A DNA stretch of 64,000 nt from Clostridia bacterium. Its GTDB lineage: Bacteria > Bacillota > Clostridia > Christensenellales > UBA1242. The stretch spans positions 383 through 64,382 of the forward strand of contig JAGAOQ010000014.1 in assembly GCA_017623705.1 (NCBI GenBank), given 5' to 3'. Below, piece by piece: positions 45,521 through 54,405 of this stretch. The notes beneath the pieces are model-generated. The model saw nothing but the letters and a program-made list of their open reading frames with translations, searched no databases and had not been told where the DNA came from. The position numbers were made by a program, and so were the translations under genes. The stretch's first letter is position 1; each line of letters begins with the position of its first letter.

Positions 45521-47591
45521 CAATACGTTGTAAATCAACACGTCCTTTTTCGTCAATCTTGATAACTTTAACTTTGATTTTTTCGCCAACCTTAACGACG
45601 TCTTCCACTTTGTTGACACGTTCCTTTGCTAATTTAGAAATATGAACCATACCTTCCAAAGCTTCGGTTAGTTTTACGAAACAACCAAAGTCCAAAATCC
45701 GCACAACTGTTCCTTCAAAAATTTGACCAACTTCTGGTTCTAAAACAATATCCGCAATAATCGCTTTGGCTTTTTCAACCATTGATGATTCAGCCCCACC
45801 AATGAATACCTTACCATCGTCTTCAATATCAATTTTGACACCAGTTTGGTCGATAATTTTGTTAATAACCTTACCACCACTACCGATAACATCTTTAATC
45901 TTTTCAGGGTTAATTTTGAAAGTTACTACCTTTGGTGCGTATTTAGAAATTTCTTTCGCTGGAACTTTAATTTCAGCGTTCATGATTTTCAAGATTTTCA
46001 TACGACCTTCACGAGCTTGTGCCAAAGCAGTTGTGATAATTTCTTTATCAATACCCGCAATTTTAATATCCATTTGAATTGCAGTAATGCCCTTTTCTGT
46101 ACCAGCAACCTTGAAGTCCATATCGCCGTAGAAATCTTCAACGCCTTGAATATCGGTCAGTACGGCAACTTTACGACTGTTCTTATCTTTAATCAAGCCC
46201 ATTGCGATACCAGCAACTGCGGACTTAATTGGTACACCTGCGTTCATCAAAGACATTGAGCTACCACAAACCGAAGCCATTGATGAACTACCGTTACTGG
46301 AAAGCACTTCACTTACTGTACGGATTGCGTATGGGAATTCTTCTTCACTTGGCAAAACTGGAACTAACGCACGTTCTGCCAAAGCTCCGTGTCCAATTTC
46401 ACGACGCCCAGGAGCACGTAATTGACGAGCTTCACCCGTCGCATAAGGTGGCATATTGTATTGATGCATGTAGCGTTTTGCTTCTTCATCGTCAATACCG
46501 TCCAACTTTTGAGCATCACTCAACATACCCAAAGTACAAACGTTTAAGACTTGTGTATTACCACGAGTGAACACAGCTGAACCATGAGTGCGTGGCAATA
46601 AACCAGTCGAAACCCAAATTGGACGAATGTCTTTCGTACCACGTCCATCTGGACGAATACCTTGATTAAGGATTTTTTCACGAACAACTTCTTTTTTGAT
46701 TTTGTTCATGACAGCAATAATATCCGCTTTGTTATCGTCCCAAATATCAGCAAATTGGTCAGCAACAATCGTTTCAACTTTATCTTCTTCCACACGACGT
46801 TTAATTGTGTCAGTTTCTTTCAAAGCTGTTTCAATAAAACTGGTCGCAAAAGAACGAACCTGTTCTTCTAATTTAGCATCAATCGTATGTAAAGCAACTT
46901 TACGTTTTTCTTTACCAACTTTTTTGGCAATACCAACTTGGAATTCACACAAGTTTTTAATTTCTTCGTGAGCAAACATAATTGCATCAATCATATCCGC
47001 TTCACTAACTTCGTTAGCACCAGCTTCCACCATTAACACAGCTTCGCTAGTACCACTAACGGTCAAGTGCAAATCACTTTGACTTTGTTCTAACGCTGTT
47101 GGATTGCAAATAAACTTACCATTAACACGAGCCACTTGCACCGCACCAGTTGGTCCGTTCCACGGAATATCACTAATTGTCAAAGCTACCGATGAAGCCA
47201 ACATACCCAAAGGTTCAGGAGCAACATCAGGGTCAACCGATAAAGTTGTAACCACTACTGCTACGTCGTTGTGTAAATTCTTATCAAACAAAGGACGCAA
47301 AGGGCGATCGATTAAGCGACTTGTCAAGATTGCCTTGTCGCCACCACGCCCTTCACGCCTTGTAAATCCGCCAGGAATTTTACCAACTGAATATAATTTT
47401 TCTTGGAAATCAACACCTAATGGGAAAAAGTCAATTCCATCACGTGGTTGATCCGCCATCGTTACATTTGCCATAATGACAGTTTCGCCACAGCTAACCA
47501 AACACGTTCCATGAGCTAACCCACAAAGTGCACCTGTTTCCACTGTTACCGTACGATTACCAATCGTCGTCGTCCATTTTTTATTTTCCAT
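45483..47591 (-). CDS. pnp: polyribonucleotide nucleotidyltransferase (PNPase)
   Basis: Two RNase PH domains, plus KH and S1 (GQIFEGTVVRILDFGCFV). Confidence 0.95.
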   Translation of the reverse strand: MENKKWTTTIGNRTVTVETGALCGLAHGTCLVSCGETVIMANVTMADQPRDGIDFFPLGVDFQEKLYSVGKIPGGFTRREGRGGDKAILTSRLIDRPLRPLFDKNLHNDVAVVVTTLSVDPDVAPEPLGMLASSVALTISDIPWNGPTGAVQVARVNGKFICNPTALEQSQSDLHLTVSGTSEAVLMVEAGANEVSEADMIDAIMFAHEEIKNLCEFQVGIAKKVGKEKRKVALHTIDAKLEEQVRSFATSFIETALKETDTIKRRVEEDKVETIVADQFADIWDDNKADIIAVMNKIKKEVVREKILNQGIRPDGRGTKDIRPIWVSTGLLPRTHGSAVFTRGNTQVLNVCTLGMLSDAQKLDGIDDEEAKRYMHQYNMPPYATGEARQLRAPGRREIGHGALAERALVPVLPSEEEFPYAIRTVSEVLSSNGSSSMASVCGSSMSLMNAGVPIKSAVAGIAMGLIKDKNSRKVAVLTDIQGVEDFYGDMDFKVAGTEKGITAIQMDIKIAGIDKEIITTALAQAREGRMKILKIMNAEIKVPAKEISKYAPKVVTFKINPEKIKDVIGSGGKVINKIIDQTGVKIDIEDDGKVFIGGAESSMVEKAKAIIADIVLEPEVGQIFEGTVVRILDFGCFVKLTEALEGMVHISKLAKERVNKVEDVVKVGEKIKVKVIKIDEKGRVDLQRIVTPSTETDVPAK

Positions 47592-47598
47592 AAATGGA

Positions 47599-47627
47599 AT
47601 TATATCATAAGTTCATAACTTGTGCAA
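47599..47627 (-). promoter_or_regulatory. sigma-A-type promoter with extended -10, leaderless configuration (pnp)
   Basis: TTGCAC-N17-TGaTATAAT, then 7 nt to the ATG at 47591. No SD. Confidence 0.6.
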
Positions 47628-47748
47628 TTTGTTATTCGCTTTCCTTTGTTTCGTCTTTGTGCTTACTGCAATGCACGAAACAAAAAACGTGCATGATAAC
47701 TGCCCAAAGTTTACGAAAAAAGTTAATTACACATGCTTTCATTCAAGA

Positions 47749-48603
47749 TTACCCCTTTTTACCATAAGCTACAATCGCCGACAAATCCGACACCGCAACA
47801 TCACTACCACTCGTGTTGGAAAGTGTAAGTGCTAACTTGAACTGATCACCATTGAGGTTAATTTTAATTTTCTGCACATTATCACTCGCCCGAATTAAAA
47901 CGTTGCGTTGCGTACGATTCGACAAGACTGTCAAAACCAAATCCACATTAGTTTTCAAAAAAACTTCACGTAAAGTTTGCGTATTCGTAGCGTAACCCAA
48001 ACTAAACCAATCACTTTCCCAACGACAATTATTTGTACCAACTAAGTTTGCTTTCAAGACATCACTATCATCGGATAAATGTTCCAAAACAAAATTACGG
48101 TTAATGGTAAACAAACCATTTTCGCAAATTGCTAACAGCTTACCACGATAGTAGCGAATATCCCAACATAGCCCATAATCAGCGGGAATAAAAACTGCAC
48201 TTTCCAAAAAAGAGCCGTTCGCCCATTCCCCCATCAAGTCAACCGAATAAGTGATACGATCACGGTTAACCCCCAGCATAAACAAACGGTCATTAACTAC
48301 CGCAATTTGCTTGGGAAAAACTAATTGGTCCAGAATGGTAAATTTTTGTTCATACTTATTGGCATAATACAAACCTTCTTGATTTGAAGCAAAAATATAT
48401 AAACTCCATTGAACGGCATGATCATACCCATAAGTTGGTTGTGGTTCCAGCAAAGATAATTGCTTAGTCCCTTTTAATCCTTCTAAATAACTTGTGTAAA
48501 TTGTGTTTTTCTTTTTAGTAACAACCACGGGCAAGGCGAAGTTGTCTAAGTTAAAACGTACACTGCGATAGTTAGTGAATCGGCAAGATTCTGGATTTAC
48601 CAT
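47749..48603 (-). CDS. hypothetical protein, last gene of phage-like module (about 285 aa)
   Basis: Intact ORF. Start is uncertain: the ATG at 48603 (MVNPESC) was chosen so the overlap with the upstream ORF is 32 nt. Confidence 0.5.
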   Translation of the reverse strand: MVNPESCRFTNYRSVRFNLDNFALPVVVTKKKNTIYTSYLEGLKGTKQLSLLEPQPTYGYDHAVQWSLYIFASNQEGLYYANKYEQKFTILDQLVFPKQIAVVNDRLFMLGVNRDRITYSVDLMGEWANGSFLESAVFIPADYGLCWDIRYYRGKLLAICENGLFTINRNFVLEHLSDDSDVLKANLVGTNNCRWESDWFSLGYATNTQTLREVFLKTNVDLVLTVLSNRTQRNVLIRASDNVQKIKINLNGDQFKLALTLSNTSGSDVAVSDLSAIVAYGKKG

Positions 48604-48904
48604 GCTGTGCCTTAAACAAACCTGCGTTGTATTTTTCTTGCCATACTTTCCATTCGTTAAACATACCAGCGACAAAAGCGTACTCCGATGAAATACCATA
48701 AACAACTGTGGCATTATCTAAACCGTAATCTTCCACCATAATGTTAGTATTGTTCGAGATTGCCCAAACCCCTGTTAGAGTATTCAACACTAAACGAGCA
48801 CAGGCGAACAGTTGTTGATAATTATCGTCGTTAGCCGTATCTTCCCAGTTGATGGTTAAGCCAAGAATTTCATTGGCACTACTAATTAAATCTTTCAAAA
48901 TCAT
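48572..48904 (-). CDS. possible head-tail connector/adaptor-like protein (110 aa)
   Basis: The position after the capsid gene and the N-terminal pattern MILKDLISSANEILGL..DD..L resemble gp6-type connectors. Weak evidence. Confidence 0.45.
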   Translation of the reverse strand: MILKDLISSANEILGLTINWEDTANDDNYQQLFACARLVLNTLTGVWAISNNTNIMVEDYGLDNATVVYGISSEYAFVAGMFNEWKVWQEKYNAGLFKAQHGKSRILPIH

Positions 48905-49205
48905 ATTTTACATAATCCTTTATTTGGGCTTTCATTGCCTGAATTTTTTTGGCTTGTGCTTGGAAAATTGATGCGTTAGCTTCGTCAATTTCCCGTTCAA
49001 TGTCATCAGCATTTTCACGGCGAGTACGTTGTGTATATTGCAACGTGCGTACATCGAGTTCATCGAACGGGACGACGAAAGCAAATTTACCATGCCAAAA
49101 TACTTCAAAGCGATTTAATTGTTCGTTCCAAAAAATTTCATAGAACGGATCAATTTGCAATATGCGTTCAGCAATATGAAATAAGTCATGATAAATTTTT
49201 TGCAT
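48882..49205 (-). CDS. hypothetical protein of phage-like module (107 aa)
   Basis: Intact ORF with SD aaggag 8 nt upstream. Confidence 0.5.
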   Translation of the reverse strand: MQKIYHDLFHIAERILQIDPFYEIFWNEQLNRFEVFWHGKFAFVVPFDELDVRTLQYTQRTRRENADDIEREIDEANASIFQAQAKKIQAMKAQIKDYVKYDFERFN

Positions 49206-49219
49206 ACAAATTTACTCCT

Positions 49220-50428
49220 TTACTCTGCTTTCCATTTCAAAGCCGAGTAACCACTACAACGACCTTGCAAGAACGGTTTGTCGCAAATTAAGTCTGCGTA
49301 TTTAACCAAAGTTGCCATATAAGTAGCTTTACCAGGTAATTGTTTCAAGATGCTACCATCTTCATTTGACAACCAAGTCCAATCGCAAAGTTGGTGCATT
49401 GCAAATGACTTACTATTCAAAGCATACAAGTTACCAGCTTTACATTTTACATCGCTGTAAAGTGGGATACCGTTAAAGGTGAAACCACGGAAACCGCCCG
49501 CCAACTCAGTTGTCGCAATGTTTGAACGAGTACTTTTCAACGATTCAAAAATTGACTTTTTAACACGTGGGTGCGTCAAAATAATATCCGCAGGCATACT
49601 TTGGCAATGTTCTTCGTAAAGATCCAAGAACTCTAATACCGCTTCTTCATCTAAGACTTTAAGTTCGTCACTGTTTTCACGGAAATTACATGGAGCAATT
49701 TCAGGATAATCAGAGATATTAACGCCATAAATCTTTTGGAAGAAAATACTATCAATACCATTCATGCTGGTTTTATCGTCGTTGTAATTGTAGATGTAAA
49801 GACGATCAGCTTTGGTTTCCATTAAGTCATCACTTAATGTAATTACTTCGGCATCAACGTTTACTTCGGTAACGGTATTATCACAATCAATATCCGTAAC
49901 ATAAGCATCGCTGTTGGTTAAAATTGTTAATTCCATACCAACCTTGAAGTTGTTAATGTATTTACCAACTTTAAGCATGCGACGAGAATCCATGACAAAA
50001 TCATTACCACCGATTACAGCTAACAAGGTTCTACCATTACCATACAACATGTTAGTTAAATTGTTTTGAGCTGCGGAAACCAAATTTTGCATTTCACCGC
50101 CTAATAAAGAAGCAAAAGCATTTGGATCTAATGAAGCTGCTTTTAATGCCTTATCACTAATTTGGAAAGTACCATATAAGTTTTTCAAAGGCACAGATAA
50201 TTCCACAGATTTTTGATTATCGCCAGTAGGCAAATCACCTGTTTCAGTTCCAGCACCAACCGCCGCTTGACCACAACGCACACTAACTTTGGCGTTTTTA
50301 CCGCTGGCAATACGAGTATTTTCTTCGACCATAGTTAAGAATGGATTTGTTTTTTTGTTAATGTCATTGATGACAGTATCTAAATAAATATTTTTTAATG
50401 CGTTTTCCGCTGTTGAGATTGTAATCAT
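49220..50428 (-). CDS. putative major capsid protein (HK97-fold-like)
   Basis: 402 aa, positioned after the scaffold gene. The C-terminal GGFRGFTFNGIPLYSD..GNLYALN pattern is typical of phage MCPs. Confidence 0.65.
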   Translation of the reverse strand: MITISTAENALKNIYLDTVINDINKKTNPFLTMVEENTRIASGKNAKVSVRCGQAAVGAGTETGDLPTGDNQKSVELSVPLKNLYGTFQISDKALKAASLDPNAFASLLGGEMQNLVSAAQNNLTNMLYGNGRTLLAVIGGNDFVMDSRRMLKVGKYINNFKVGMELTILTNSDAYVTDIDCDNTVTEVNVDAEVITLSDDLMETKADRLYIYNYNDDKTSMNGIDSIFFQKIYGVNISDYPEIAPCNFRENSDELKVLDEEAVLEFLDLYEEHCQSMPADIILTHPRVKKSIFESLKSTRSNIATTELAGGFRGFTFNGIPLYSDVKCKAGNLYALNSKSFAMHQLCDWTWLSNEDGSILKQLPGKATYMATLVKYADLICDKPFLQGRCSGYSALKWKAE

Positions 50429-50799
50429 TATTTAAGAACTCCTTTTTTGAAATATTCACAAACCAACCGATCAGCTTGAACTAATGTCGTTGGTTTCTTT
50501 TCTTTCGCAAAGTCAAAGGCAGATGAAGAACTGGTTAACACCGTCGGTACCTCAACGCTGTTATGCTTTAATAAATACTCCCGAATTATATCCTCCCGGC
50601 TGGGCATGGAGTTTATTTTTTGTTCCAGTTCTTTATACGCCTGTGCCTTTTTGGTGAATGCACTTTGCAATTCACTATAAGACTTTTGGAGTGCCTTAAT
50701 ATCCACAGTGGGTTGTATCTCGGCTTGTTCCAAAGTTACTGGCGACGTTTTTTCGTCCACTTCCTTAGTTGTAACTTCATTTTGATTTTCCATCTTCAA
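50428..50799 (-). CDS. putative scaffolding protein
   Basis: 123 aa, charged and helical, lying between portal and capsid. TAATG overlap with the capsid gene. Confidence 0.5.
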   Translation of the reverse strand: MKMENQNEVTTKEVDEKTSPVTLEQAEIQPTVDIKALQKSYSELQSAFTKKAQAYKELEQKINSMPSREDIIREYLLKHNSVEVPTVLTSSSSAFDFAKEKKPTTLVQADRLVCEYFKKGVLK

Positions 50800-51844
50800 C
50801 TCCTAAAATTGCTAAAATTTTTTGTCCAACTTGTTCGTAAACATCTTCAATACTTTGAATCGGGCGACGTAGTTGACGTTTAGCCAATGAATTGTAAATA
50901 TTCAATGTTCCCTCGCCGACCGACGCACGACTCGCCAAACTGGTTAATAAATCACCACCACAACTAATCGTGTTAAATTCCGCCAACAAGCGATCTTCTT
51001 CTTTGGTTAATTCGTCAGGAATAACCCCTGCTTCCATGAATTTTGGTTCTCGATATCCTTGTTGATAGACAATCACTTTACCAGGACATAAACCGTCCAC
51101 TTCCAAGCTGTCAATATCCACACTGCCATCTTCCACCGCCACCACACCACAAGCCATACGACTCATAAATTCGGCACGACGGTTTTTAATGGCATTGTAG
51201 GCACGTTGCACTGGAATTACACGATCGACAACCGACTTACCAAAAAACTGTCCCGCAACTAATTCACTGGTACCACGGACAAACGGGAAAGCATACGGTA
51301 ATGGACCATCGTAAATCAACTTTTGATCACGGATAATCGTCAAGCGTTCACGTGTCCATTTTTCAATAACTAATTGATCATCAACGTGCTTGGCATGGAT
51401 AATTGAACCGATTTCCGCTAAATTAGAAACATCTAAACGATCAGGATAAATTTCAAAAGGCGAACAGACAGTAACAATCGGCTGGTTATCTTGTTTACTA
51501 ACTTTGTAGAAAACCGAACCCGTAACCTCTTGCCAAAAGTTACCTTCTTCAATTAAGCGTTTGAAACGGATTTTATCAAAAACGCTTTGCACTAATTCAT
51601 CTTGAACAACGGGATCAACTTCGGCTAAAATTGCTAAACGGTTTTCAACCAAAGGACCAATGTGGTTAAAGCTTTCCGTCGATTGCCAGTAATACTGCTT
51701 GTAATAATCAACGTGTTGATCACCATTGTAAAAATTCAAATTGTTTTTCCATTTGTTTTCTAAATCAAGACGTGCTTCTTTCCGTGCTTCGTAATCGTTT
51801 ATGATTGCATCAATGATTTGTTTTTTACTTTGCTTGCTTTGCAT
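50777..51844 (-). CDS. putative portal protein (short, 355 aa)
   Basis: Position after TerL. The N-terminal ..ARLDLENKWKNNLNFYNGDQH.. resembles portal N-termini. Confidence 0.55.
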   Translation of the reverse strand: MQSKQSKKQIIDAIINDYEARKEARLDLENKWKNNLNFYNGDQHVDYYKQYYWQSTESFNHIGPLVENRLAILAEVDPVVQDELVQSVFDKIRFKRLIEEGNFWQEVTGSVFYKVSKQDNQPIVTVCSPFEIYPDRLDVSNLAEIGSIIHAKHVDDQLVIEKWTRERLTIIRDQKLIYDGPLPYAFPFVRGTSELVAGQFFGKSVVDRVIPVQRAYNAIKNRRAEFMSRMACGVVAVEDGSVDIDSLEVDGLCPGKVIVYQQGYREPKFMEAGVIPDELTKEEDRLLAEFNTISCGGDLLTSLASRASVGEGTLNIYNSLAKRQLRRPIQSIEDVYEQVGQKILAILGVEDGKSK

Positions 51845-51867
51845 TTTCCCTCCACGCCAGTATTAAA

Positions 51868-53346
51868 TCACAACTTTTTCGACATAAAACGTTTTCCTGC
51901 CAACTTTTTGATTAAATCTTTTTTTCCCTGTCCCAGCGTGTTCAAACCAACTACCTGCTCATGACTAACCCTTCGCCAATCCATCACGACATAACGTAAA
52001 GCATCAATCGTATGGTCATTGACTTTTTGCGGTTGTTCACCATCACCCCAATAATAGCCCCGCAACTCACTAATCAAATGCACACAGTTTTTGAAAACAT
52101 ACAAACTACGTTTTTGATTGGCATCACAAAAACAAGTCTTCATTTCCAATAATCCTTGTGCCAAATTTTTGTTAACATTTGCATCGACCGCTAAACCATG
52201 GTTACGGTACTGCATTGCCGTCGAAACTTCACACGCCGAAGTTTTTTGATTTGCAGCACTGTCAATGAGAATCCGTACTTGTTTCAAGTCCCAGCCCAAT
52301 TCACTGGTCCGCTGTAAAATAGCTTGACTATGGTCCGCAACCGTCAACCCCGCAACTTCATAATCACTCACCACGTAAAGATTTTCACCGACTGCCACCA
52401 CCCAGACAACACCCGTCGGGTTACGGTAACCAGGGTCAATCGCTAAATAATATCCGTCAGCTTGTTCAATCAATTTTGGTTCAAGAATATTCGCCTCGGT
52501 AAAGTTACCAAAAACTAAACCTTCGGCTGCTACAAAATGCCCATGCTGGCGACTTTCCAAAACATCTGGCGATAAGTTGGCGATTAGGAACTGTTTTTCT
52601 TCCTGCGACAAATACGGGTTATCGTCCCAACTCATCCAAAAACAAGCTAACTCCGGTAAACGTTCCTGCCGTAAATAAATACGGTTATACACCCAACTGC
52701 GACCTTTTAACGGCGTCATCGTTACCCAATGCACCCCGCCCCGATCTAACAGTCGTAACAAACATTCATCATAAATGTCTTCGGGTGGTTCTTCGTCAAA
52801 CCAGACATAGTCCAATGAAACGCCTTGAAAACGCTCACGTCCCTGTTCGCAATTACGAAAACCAATTTTACTAACCGTGCCAAAAACATTCCGTACTAAA
52901 ATAAAATCAATCACACCATGAGCTGGCGTAAAAGAACTCCCCGAAACCATCACCGTTTTCACAATCCATTCGGGCGGTAAGTATTGTAAAATTTTTGCTT
53001 GGGCGACATCTCTTTGCACTTGCCGAGTTAAACTCACCACCCAACCATCACATGCGTGATCAATTTTTATAAACGGGTGCAAGCCCGTTGCATACCAAAT
53101 AGTTTCCATTGCTCCACAAACACTTTTTCCCGTACGATTACCACCAAACACAAACCGACTTTTCGCCAACGATTGATGGAATGCTAACTGCTTGCGATGT
53201 TGCCGAGGCACACTGGAAGTTTTTTGCTGTTCATTTTTTACCACAGACCGTACTTGCGGTTGCACCGATAAATTAGGCCAATCGTTATAATGTAGCAAAG
53301 GTGCATCTGCCGACAAATTTTTTAGATCAATGACATCATTTTCCAT
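51868..53346 (-). CDS. terminase large subunit
   Basis: Walker A FGGNRTGKSV, Walker B-like YVWFDEEP, and a nuclease-domain pattern LAIDPGYRNPTGVVWV..LYVVSDYE. Start at the ATG at 53346 behind GGGAG. Confidence 0.8.
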   Translation of the reverse strand: MENDVIDLKNLSADAPLLHYNDWPNLSVQPQVRSVVKNEQQKTSSVPRQHRKQLAFHQSLAKSRFVFGGNRTGKSVCGAMETIWYATGLHPFIKIDHACDGWVVSLTRQVQRDVAQAKILQYLPPEWIVKTVMVSGSSFTPAHGVIDFILVRNVFGTVSKIGFRNCEQGRERFQGVSLDYVWFDEEPPEDIYDECLLRLLDRGGVHWVTMTPLKGRSWVYNRIYLRQERLPELACFWMSWDDNPYLSQEEKQFLIANLSPDVLESRQHGHFVAAEGLVFGNFTEANILEPKLIEQADGYYLAIDPGYRNPTGVVWVVAVGENLYVVSDYEVAGLTVADHSQAILQRTSELGWDLKQVRILIDSAANQKTSACEVSTAMQYRNHGLAVDANVNKNLAQGLLEMKTCFCDANQKRSLYVFKNCVHLISELRGYYWGDGEQPQKVNDHTIDALRYVVMDWRRVSHEQVVGLNTLGQGKKDLIKKLAGKRFMSKKL

Positions 53347-53379
53347 AATTCTCCCTACCATAAACATTATCTTATCAGC

Positions 53380-53598
53380 ATGTATCCACTGTACTTTTAC
53401 ATTTGTTTAATCGCTTCGGTTGCCAGTGTAGTCATTTTAATTTTACTTGCGGTCTTTCCAATTAACATTCCGTTCGTACCGAAAACGCCCAAAGCCAAGC
53501 ACACACTGGTTAGTCAACGTAAGGCACGTAGTCCAACACCCCGTCCACAAGTGGTTAGTTACTGGGATCCATTAAACGATGACAACGAAAACTTATAA
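53380..53598 (+). CDS. possible small membrane protein (72 aa)
   Basis: One clear TM helix followed by a basic tail. No SD or convincing promoter, so it may be non-coding. Confidence 0.3.
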   Translation: MYPLYFYICLIASVASVVILILLAVFPINIPFVPKTPKAKHTLVSQRKARSPTPRPQVVSYWDPLNDDNENL

Positions 53599-53610
53599 AC
53601 CTTAACACAC

Positions 53611-53637
53611 AAAAAAGCAGTTACCACAAGTAACTGC
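53611..53637 (-). terminator. rho-independent terminator after sigK
   Basis: gcagttac-cacaa-gtaactgc with a T-run on the minus strand. Confidence 0.8.
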
Positions 53638-53658
53638 CACCAAAAATGATTTTGTTTT

Positions 53659-54369
53659 TTAGCGGAAATCTTTGAACGATGGTTGCCGAACAATTTGTTG
53701 AGCAACCTCTAAGGCGTGTTTTTCAATGCGTGAAATGTAGCTACGACTAATGTTTAATTGTTTTGCAACTTCCCTTTGCGGTAAAGCAATGTGGTCCTGC
53801 AAACCGTACCGTAAAGTAATGATTTTGAACTCACGATCGGTTAAGTGTTTTTTTAACTCACTAACTAACTTTTGCATTAAGTTGCGGTGAATAGCTAAAT
53901 CAATATCGGATTGCTCACGGTCTTCGGTGATAATATCCACCAGCGAGATTTCATTGCCATCATGATCATCGCCCAAACTTTCATTCAAAGAACCAACTTG
54001 TTGATGTTTTTTGGATACACGCAGGAACATCAAAACTTCATTTTCAATACACCGTGAAGCGTAAGTCGAAATCTGTGTGCCTTTGTCAGCTTTGAACGAA
54101 TTGATTGCTTTAATCAAACCAATCGTACCGCAAGAAATTAAATCATCAGCTTCCGCTGCCCCGTTGTACTTTTTAACAACGTGAGCTACTAAACGCAAGT
54201 TATGACGAATTAAAATATCTTTTGCTTGCAAATCACCCTGCCAAAATTTTTGAAAATACACTAATTCATCTTTTTTGGAAAGCGGTTTCGGGAACGAGTT
54301 GCGGTCATTAACTAAACCCGAAAAGAAAAGTACTTTGCTTAAAAAAGTGATGAAATTTTCAAAAATCAT
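53659..54369 (-). CDS. sigK: RNA polymerase sporulation sigma factor SigK (pro-sigma-K), uninterrupted
   Basis: MIFENFITFLSKVLFFSGLVNDRNSFPKPLS pro-sequence, HNLRLVAHVVKKY, ISRSYISRIEK. Confidence 0.85.
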   Translation of the reverse strand: MIFENFITFLSKVLFFSGLVNDRNSFPKPLSKKDELVYFQKFWQGDLQAKDILIRHNLRLVAHVVKKYNGAAEADDLISCGTIGLIKAINSFKADKGTQISTYASRCIENEVLMFLRVSKKHQQVGSLNESLGDDHDGNEISLVDIITEDREQSDIDLAIHRNLMQKLVSELKKHLTDREFKIITLRYGLQDHIALPQREVAKQLNISRSYISRIEKHALEVAQQIVRQPSFKDFR

Positions 54370-54375
54370 ACCACA

Positions 54376-54403
54376 CTCTATATGCAACAGGCATGAAAAG
54401 TGT
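54376..54403 (-). promoter_or_regulatory. candidate mother-cell (sigma-E/K type) promoter of sigK
   Basis: AC-N17-CATATAGAG, then 6 nt to the ATG at 54369. Partial match to AC-N16/17-CATAnnnTA. Confidence 0.35.
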
Positions 54404-54405
54404 GC

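Larger units (their letters stand above)
47749..53346 (-). mobile_element. phage-derived head/packaging gene module (7 ORFs), no tail/lysis/integration genes
   Basis: Co-directional, overlapping ORFs encode TerL, portal, scaffold, capsid and connector-like proteins. The module is flanked by core genes pnp and sigK. Confidence 0.65.

Noticed and set aside
47690-53637. 8-bp match TAACTGCC near both ends of the phage-like module as candidate att sites
   Set aside because: The match is too short to be significant in 64 kb. One copy is part of the sigK terminator stem.
53659-54369. Possibility that sigK is split by a skin-like element, given the adjacent phage genes
   Set aside because: The sigK ORF is continuous from the pro-sequence to region 4.2, and a terminator separates it from the phage-like module. 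No recombinase gene is present.
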